Positions 34,299 through 40,041 of a stretch of DNA of 40,041 bases are shown here, in pieces. The notes beneath the pieces are model-generated. The model worked only from the letters and a program-made list of their open reading frames with translations. It was not told the origin of the DNA and searched no databases. The stretch is from a virus (Duplodnaviria; Heunggongvirae; Uroviricota; Caudoviricetes). Positions within the stretch are counted from its first letter, which is position 1, and the number at the start of each line of letters is the position of its first letter. The DNA lies in the IMG/VR virus record IMGVR_UViG_2778261296_000006; one strand, written 5' to 3'. Both the position numbers and the translations under genes were made by a program.

Positions 34299-37207
34299 TG
34301 GAATTTTTCCATCTGATAAAAGCCAGTCAGAAGTCTGGCAAGAAAGATGCAGTGATTTGGTTCACTGCGAAAAGTGTAGCGCGCGCCAATCTCCAACTCG
34401 ATGTGGCACTGGAAGAAGCCGGAATTGAAGAAACTGGCCGCGGTAAAGATTATGCCAAACCAATCCGCACCGATTTCCCGGTATATGACGACCTGCCGGA
34501 AGAAGGCGCAGTGGATTACACCTGGTGCGAACGCTACGAACTGCAGAACGATGACCGCACCTGGCTGCCAAAAGTCACAGCTGAAAACTCTGACGAGAAA
34601 ACGGCTCAGACCGTTGATAGTCACATAACTACTGAGTCAACGCTGCCAGAAACCGCTGGCATCACGCTGGACGAACACGACGACGACTCAACCCTCTACC
34701 CGGTAGTGCAGATGCCGTTTCGTAAGCAACTGCTTTCCCAGTTCACCGCCGACGAACTGCGCCACCACGTAACCCGCGAAGAGTACGAAGCTATCGGCGC
34801 GCTGGAGATGGACACTGATAACAGTTACGTCCAGAACTTGCTGTTAGCTGCTGAGAACTGCCCGGAAGTGAAGGGTTACGACACCAAAGACCTGTGGCGC
34901 TACACCGATGCCATTCGCAAAGTGTTCAGCCAGGACAAGCGTCACGAACTCGCGCTGGTACTCCGTTTCACCAGAATGTGGGCGGCTACTGATTACATTG
35001 ACCGTGGCATCCTGGCGCGTGAATGGGCTGCCGGTAATCACATCAGTAGTGTTCAGCGTACTGATTCCGGAACCAATGCCAACGGCGGTTACGTCACTGA
35101 CCGTGGACCTGATACATACCATACCCTTGACACTCTCGATTTAGAGATTGCATGTGCCCTTCTGCCTATGGACTTCAACCACTTCGAGATCCCGGGCAGC
35201 ATTCTTCGTCGCGCTAAAGAAATCGTGACCAAAAAAGAAGAACCGTGGAAATCATGGAGCAGCATTCTGCGCAATCAACCCGGCGTTCTTGGCGTTAACC
35301 GCACAGCTATTTTTAACCTGATACGTATCGCGCCGGAAAATATTCATCTAACTCCTGTCGCTCACCTGGAGTTTGTTAAGCGGACCATGACTGCTGCGTT
35401 TAATGCTGCTGTTGAGTTATTGCCATTGCATGAAGCTGAGCCCGCAACACAGGAAATTCCCCAACCTGAAAGTAAGGAGTCTCCACGCAAACCCTTCTGC
35501 ACTCACGAAGAGAACCTGCAACGCGTACGTGAAGAAGAAGCACGCCGCCGCGCAGAGGAAGCGACAGCACAACCACATAAAGCCGAACAAGAACTGGTTA
35601 AAAATGTCGGCAACGGAATATTCGATGTTACGGCTTTACTGCAGAACTCAGCAACTCATGGCACGAAACAGGCTACGGAAACCACCAGCAATGTGCAGGT
35701 TCAAGAAACTGTCAGTGATGAAAAAAATGTTGGTAATGAAATGCAGTCAGGCGAAAGCAGTCTGGAAACTGGTGAAGAGTCACATCCCGGCCAGCAGGCC
35801 GATGTAAACCAAAATACGGAATCTGTCGCTCAAAATAGCGATTCTGTAAACCAGACTGAACCAGTTTTGGCACACGTCGAGCCAGAGGCGCAATCTGACG
35901 AACAAGCTGTTTTTTACCCCGATTACTTCGAGCCTGGGCGCTATGAAGGTCTGCCGAACGAGGTTTACCACGCTGCCAACGGCATCAGTTCCACCCAGGT
36001 AAAAGATGCGCGCGTTTCGCTGATGTACTTCAATGCGCGCCACGTTGAGAAAACCATCGTCAAAGAGCGCTCCTCAGTGCTGGACATGGGAAACCTGGTA
36101 CATGCGCTGGCGTTGCAGCCAGAACAGCTCGATGAAGAATTTAGCGTTGAACCCGTAATTCCGGAAGGTGCATTTACCACCACGGCAACGATCCGCGCGT
36201 TTATTGATGAGTACAACGCCAGCCTGCCAGCGCAACTGAGCGCAGACGATATCAAAGCTTTGCTGGATGAATACAACGCCACCCTGCCAGCGCTGGTGCC
36301 GCTGGGCGCTAGCCTGGATGAAACGGCGCAGAACTATATGGCGCTGCCAGCTGAATTCCAACGTATCGATGCAGATCAGAAGAAGACAGCAACAGCAATG
36401 AAGGCGTGCATCAAAGAGTACAACGCCACCCTGCCAGCGCAGATTAAAACCAGCGGCAGCCGCGACGCACTACTCGAACAACTTGCGATTATCAATCCTG
36501 ACCTGGTCGCGCAGGAAGCTCAGAAGCTGCAACCGCTGAAAGTCTCTGGCACGAAGGCCGATCTGATTCAGGCCGTGAAGGCAGTCAAACCAGATGCAGT
36601 GTTCGCCGACGAGCTGCTCGATGCTTGGCGCAACAACCCGGAAGGGAAAGTGCTGGTTACCCACCAGCAACTTGCCACCGCGCAGGCAATTCAGTCAGCA
36701 CTGCTCTCGCACCCGACCGCAGGCATGCTGCTAACCCACCCGAGCCGCGCCGTTGAGGTGAGCTACTTTGGCTTTGACGAGGAGACGGGACTGGAAGTTC
36801 GTGTGCGCCCTGACCTTGAGATCGACCTAGACGGCGTGCGTATCGGTGCTGACCTGAAAACCATCAGCATGTGGAATGTTAAGCAGGAAAGCCTGCGCGC
36901 CAGGCTACACCGGGAAATTATTGAACGTGATTATCACCTGAGCGCGGCTATGTACTGCGAAACCGCAGCGCTGGATCAGTTCTTCTGGATTTTCGTCAAC
37001 AAAGACGAGAACTACCACTGGATCGCCATCATCGAGGCATCCGCTGAACTACTGGAGCTGGGTATGCTCGAGTACCGCAAAGCGATGCGCAATATCGCAA
37101 CCGGATTCGACACAGGTGAATGGCCAGCGCCAATCACTGCTGACTACACCGACGAACTGAACGACTTCGACCTGCGCCGCCTTGAAGCGCTGCGTACTCA
37201 TGCATAA
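34299..37207 (+). CDS. recE: exodeoxyribonuclease VIII-like protein (RecE family, PD-(D/E)XK nuclease C-terminal domain)
   Basis: 969 aa; start at ATG 34299 with AAGAGG RBS. C-terminal region has nuclease-like acidic/Lys motifs (VRVRPDLEIDLDGVRIGADLKT). Followed immediately by the RecT-like gene, as in the Rac prophage recE-recT pair. Confidence 0.65.
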
Positions 37208-37212
37208 GGGGA

Positions 37213-38331
37213 ATGATGATGGAAAACACGAATATCGTAACCGCTGAACAGCAGACTCCAAACACGATCTCAGCCAGCAATGCCATTTTCAACGTGCAGG
37301 CTTTAACCCAGCTTCAGTCTGTCGCCGGGTTGATGGCACAGGCAGCCGTAACGGTGCCTGAGCACCTCCGCGGCAATCCGGCAGACTGCATGGCCATCAT
37401 CATGCAGGCGATGCAGTGGGGTATGAACCCTTACGCCGTGGCGCAAAAGACGCACCTGGTTAACGGTGTCCTGGGATACGAAGCGCAACTGGTTAATGCG
37501 GTGATCTCCAGCTCAAACGCCATCGTTGGCCGCTTTCACTATGAGTACGAGGGCGACTGGTCGAAATGTGCCAGCAGCCGCGAGATAACCGTTAAAAAGC
37601 CTGCGAAAGGTGGCGGGACGTACGACAAGAAAGAAATGGTACGCGGTTGGGAAAGTGCTGATGAACAAGGACTGTCGGTACGGGTAGGTGCCGTTATTCG
37701 CGGTGAAAGTGATATCACCTGGGGAGAGCCTGTTTTCCTCTCCAGCGTAATCACACGTAATTCTCCACTTTGGGTATCAAACCCGAAACAGCAGATCGCT
37801 TATCTGGCACTCAAATACTGGGCGCGCCTGTATTGCCCTGCAGTTGTTCTTGGTGTGTACACCCCTGATGAGATTGAACAGCGCACAGAAAAAGAGATCA
37901 ACCCAACGCCGCAACGCGTTAGCCTGGCTGATATCTCAGGTGACACCGTCACAACCACGCAAAGCGCACAGGAATCGTCGGTAAATGTCGACTCTCTTGC
38001 CGATGATTTCCGCGAACGCATCGAATCTGCTCAGGACGTGGATAGCGCCAAATCGCTGCGTGCCGACATTGAAACGGCGAAAGCTACGCTGGGATCCGCA
38101 CTATTCACCGAGCTGAAAAACAAAGCCGTAAAGCGTTATTACCTAGTGGATGCACGCAACAAGGTTGAGGAGGCTATTAAATCCCTGCCCCAGCCCGACG
38201 AGCCGCATGCAGCCGAACGGTTCGCTGAAGCCGAGCGCATGCTTGCATCTTCAAAGCGTCACTTAGGCGATGAACTGCACGATCAATTCAGCATCACCCT
38301 GGCGGATATGAAACCGGAATACGTGGCCTGA
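37213..38331 (+). CDS. recT: RecT/Bet-family single-strand annealing protein
   Basis: Region GNPADCMAIIMQAMQWGMNPYAVAQKTHLVNGVLGYEAQLVNAVI resembles the RecT/Bet core. Three consecutive ATGs at 37213-37221; the third has the best spacing to the AAGGGG RBS. Confidence 0.65.
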   Translation: MMMENTNIVTAEQQTPNTISASNAIFNVQALTQLQSVAGLMAQAAVTVPEHLRGNPADCMAIIMQAMQWGMNPYAVAQKTHLVNGVLGYEAQLVNAVISSSNAIVGRFHYEYEGDWSKCASSREITVKKPAKGGGTYDKKEMVRGWESADEQGLSVRVGAVIRGESDITWGEPVFLSSVITRNSPLWVSNPKQQIAYLALKYWARLYCPAVVLGVYTPDEIEQRTEKEINPTPQRVSLADISGDTVTTTQSAQESSVNVDSLADDFRERIESAQDVDSAKSLRADIETAKATLGSALFTELKNKAVKRYYLVDARNKVEEAIKSLPQPDEPHAAERFAEAERMLASSKRHLGDELHDQFSITLADMKPEYVA

Positions 38332-38369
38332 CGAGACCGGGAGGGGTAACCCTCCCTCAAGGAGATTAT

Positions 38370-38612
38370 ATGCGACTGATCAATCGAGGAAGTAAGCAAT
38401 CACCTTTAGCTCGCCAAGCATGCGACATCGCGCTGGCAGCTCACTTGCAAACATATGGCGACTATGGGCGAAGCAAGATGAAAGAGACTTATACGGTGAA
38501 GGTTGAAGGCGTGAAAGTCTGGGTGGAGGTGGTGAACCGAAAGGCGAGCTACGTGGCCACAGCGATGACCGGCATGCGCCGTCTCCGCTCCCTGCCCGGG
38601 CAGGTTGGTTGA
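38370..38612 (+). CDS. hypothetical small protein
   Basis: 80-aa ORF with AAGGAG RBS, between the recT-like and xis genes. Confidence 0.35.
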   Translation: MRLINRGSKQSPLARQACDIALAAHLQTYGDYGRSKMKETYTVKVEGVKVWVEVVNRKASYVATAMTGMRRLRSLPGQVG

Positions 38613-38653
38613 AAAAGATTTTGAATGGCCCGAACGGGCAACTGGAGAGAGCT

Positions 38654-38851
38654 ATGGATGATATTTTGGTAACGTCAGACCTGACCAGTCGCTACAAAAT
38701 TTCACGCAAAACCCTTTGGTCATGGCAAAGTGCAGACACAATGCCTCGGGGCTTCGTATGCCCGTTCCCACCCCCTGACTGGCCCGGCAACCCTAACCGC
38801 TGGCGCTCTGAGTCAATCAAAGAGTGGGAGGATAAAAAGAAGATAAATTAA
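38654..38851 (+). CDS. xis: excisionase / AlpA-family HTH protein
   Basis: ATG at 38654 ([24 protein letters not shown]...) is typical of AlpA/Xis-type small HTH proteins. Convergent with, and overlapping by 4 nt, the integrase stop. Confidence 0.6.
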
Positions 38852-40041
38852 CTGAAGGGCTCTCCGATGATCTCTTCAAGATGGCTCTGCCAAACGCGGA
38901 GCCAGTGTTTCTGATCATCGATATAGTCATGAAGGTTGTAATGCGCCATAACCCCCACCATCTGATGCCCGAGCAGCTTTTCAATTACGTGCGGCGGGCA
39001 ACCTAACTCAGAGAGATTTGTGGCTATCGTCCGCCTCATATCATGAAGCGACCACTCTGCCATACCTGTTCCATTCCAAATAGAACGGGCGTAATTGGAT
39101 GCCACAGGTGAATGAACGGGCGAATCTTTGATCCCGCCATCAATTTTACGTTGTGAAGTCACCAGGTGATTGGTGTTTATTTTCTTGAGGTGATTTCTGA
39201 CCAGGTTAACGGCGGCGTCTGAGAGTCCCCTTCTAATATGTACCCGAGTTTTATAACTGCCCGCAGGCACGACCCACTCATTATCATCCAATCGAAACCA
39301 TGATCTCTCACTAAGTCGAATCTCAGCCGTACGGCATCCGGTAAGCATAATAAATTTCACCAGGAAAACGGACTCTATCGACATATGGCTTTTCAACCAC
39401 TGATAGATTTTGCGCAGATCGTCATCGTCCATCCTGCGAGTTCTCTTTTTAGGCTTTTGCCCGACATCAGATGGCAGTAATCCCTCGAGTGGGTTTGAGG
39501 CGATCACACTTCTGTTAACGCAGAACCTAAACGCCCGTTTGCACAGCGAAAGCATGTAATGAGCCATCACCCTGCTTTCTATAGAATCGAAGACGTTGAT
39601 CCAGTGCATTTTCGCTGTGTTATCGACTTTGACATTCTTCATCGGTTCGGCGATATGTTTCTCAAACACCTGGCGATAGTAATCGACTTTAACTAGCCCG
39701 TTAGCGATACAGTGCCTTTCAATCCAGTAATTGAACGCTTCGGCAACGGACATCGCTTCCTGTCGGGTCTGCTTATCCAGCTTCACCTGCTCTCGCGGAT
39801 CCAGTCCCTCAGTTAACCAGTTTCTGAATTGTTGGCGACGCTCTCTTGCCTGGGTGATACTCATTGCAGGATAATCACCAACATTGAGTTTTACCGCTTT
39901 ACCGGCCCAGCGATACCGATAGAAAAATGATATTTTTCCGGCCTGGCTGATTCTGGCGTTGAGCCCGTGCGAATCAGAAATAATCTCGATATCATCTCTT
40001 TTCTTGCCGAGCGCCTTCCTGAGCTTTGTGTCGGTGATCAT
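38848..40041 (-). CDS. int: tyrosine-type site-specific integrase (P4-like)
   Basis: 397 aa starting at the window edge (ATG 40041-40039). C-terminal catalytic region with R...HxxR...Y-type signature ([11 protein letters not shown] ... [18 protein letters not shown]). Confidence 0.85.

Noticed and set aside
1-40041. Scan for CRISPR arrays, tRNA genes, IS elements/transposases and att core repeats
   Set aside because: No regularly spaced direct repeats, no tRNA-like cloverleaf next to the integrase within the window, and no transposase-like ORF were seen. The attachment sites presumably lie outside the window on both sides.

Overview
The window is one almost complete lambdoid-type prophage of an Enterobacteriaceae-like host, running from the tail fibre assembly gene (stop at 1-3) to the integrase start codon (40041). 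All calls come from reading the ORF translations and DNA by eye; no database search, HMM or GC computation was run, and family names rest on recalled similarity. Layout: (i) 1-23.7 kb, minus strand, late operon with a Mu/P2-like contractile tail, tape measure with a lytic transglycosylase domain, head genes, portal, terminase and a holin/endolysin/Rz/Rz1 lysis cassette; (ii) 23.8-31.3 kb, minus strand, a moron downstream of antiterminator Q, nin-like region (RusA, YbcO, a DinI homologue behind a consensus LexA box, methyltransferase 3' remnants), lambda O/P replication genes with iterons inside O, and YdaT/CII-like plus Cro/YdaS-like genes; (iii) 31.3-38.9 kb, plus strand, a short cI-like repressor, an AT-rich cargo cassette, OL/PL, then KilR-like, Zn-ribbon, RecE-like and RecT-like genes and an AlpA-type excisionase; (iv) a tyrosine integrase on the minus strand. 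The best candidate for an undescribed system is the cargo cassette at 31.8-33.4 kb, in the slot lambda uses for rexAB: own promoter, a 434-aa protein of unrecognised family with a proteasome/HslV-like N-terminus, a 34-codon ORF and tandem terminators. Other accessory insertions are a two-gene AT-rich cassette inside the baseplate operon (4.35-5.24 kb), a membrane-protein moron after Q, a small gene between methyltransferase remnants, and a tiny HEAT-repeat gene antisense between terS and terL. No tRNA, CRISPR array or IS element was seen.
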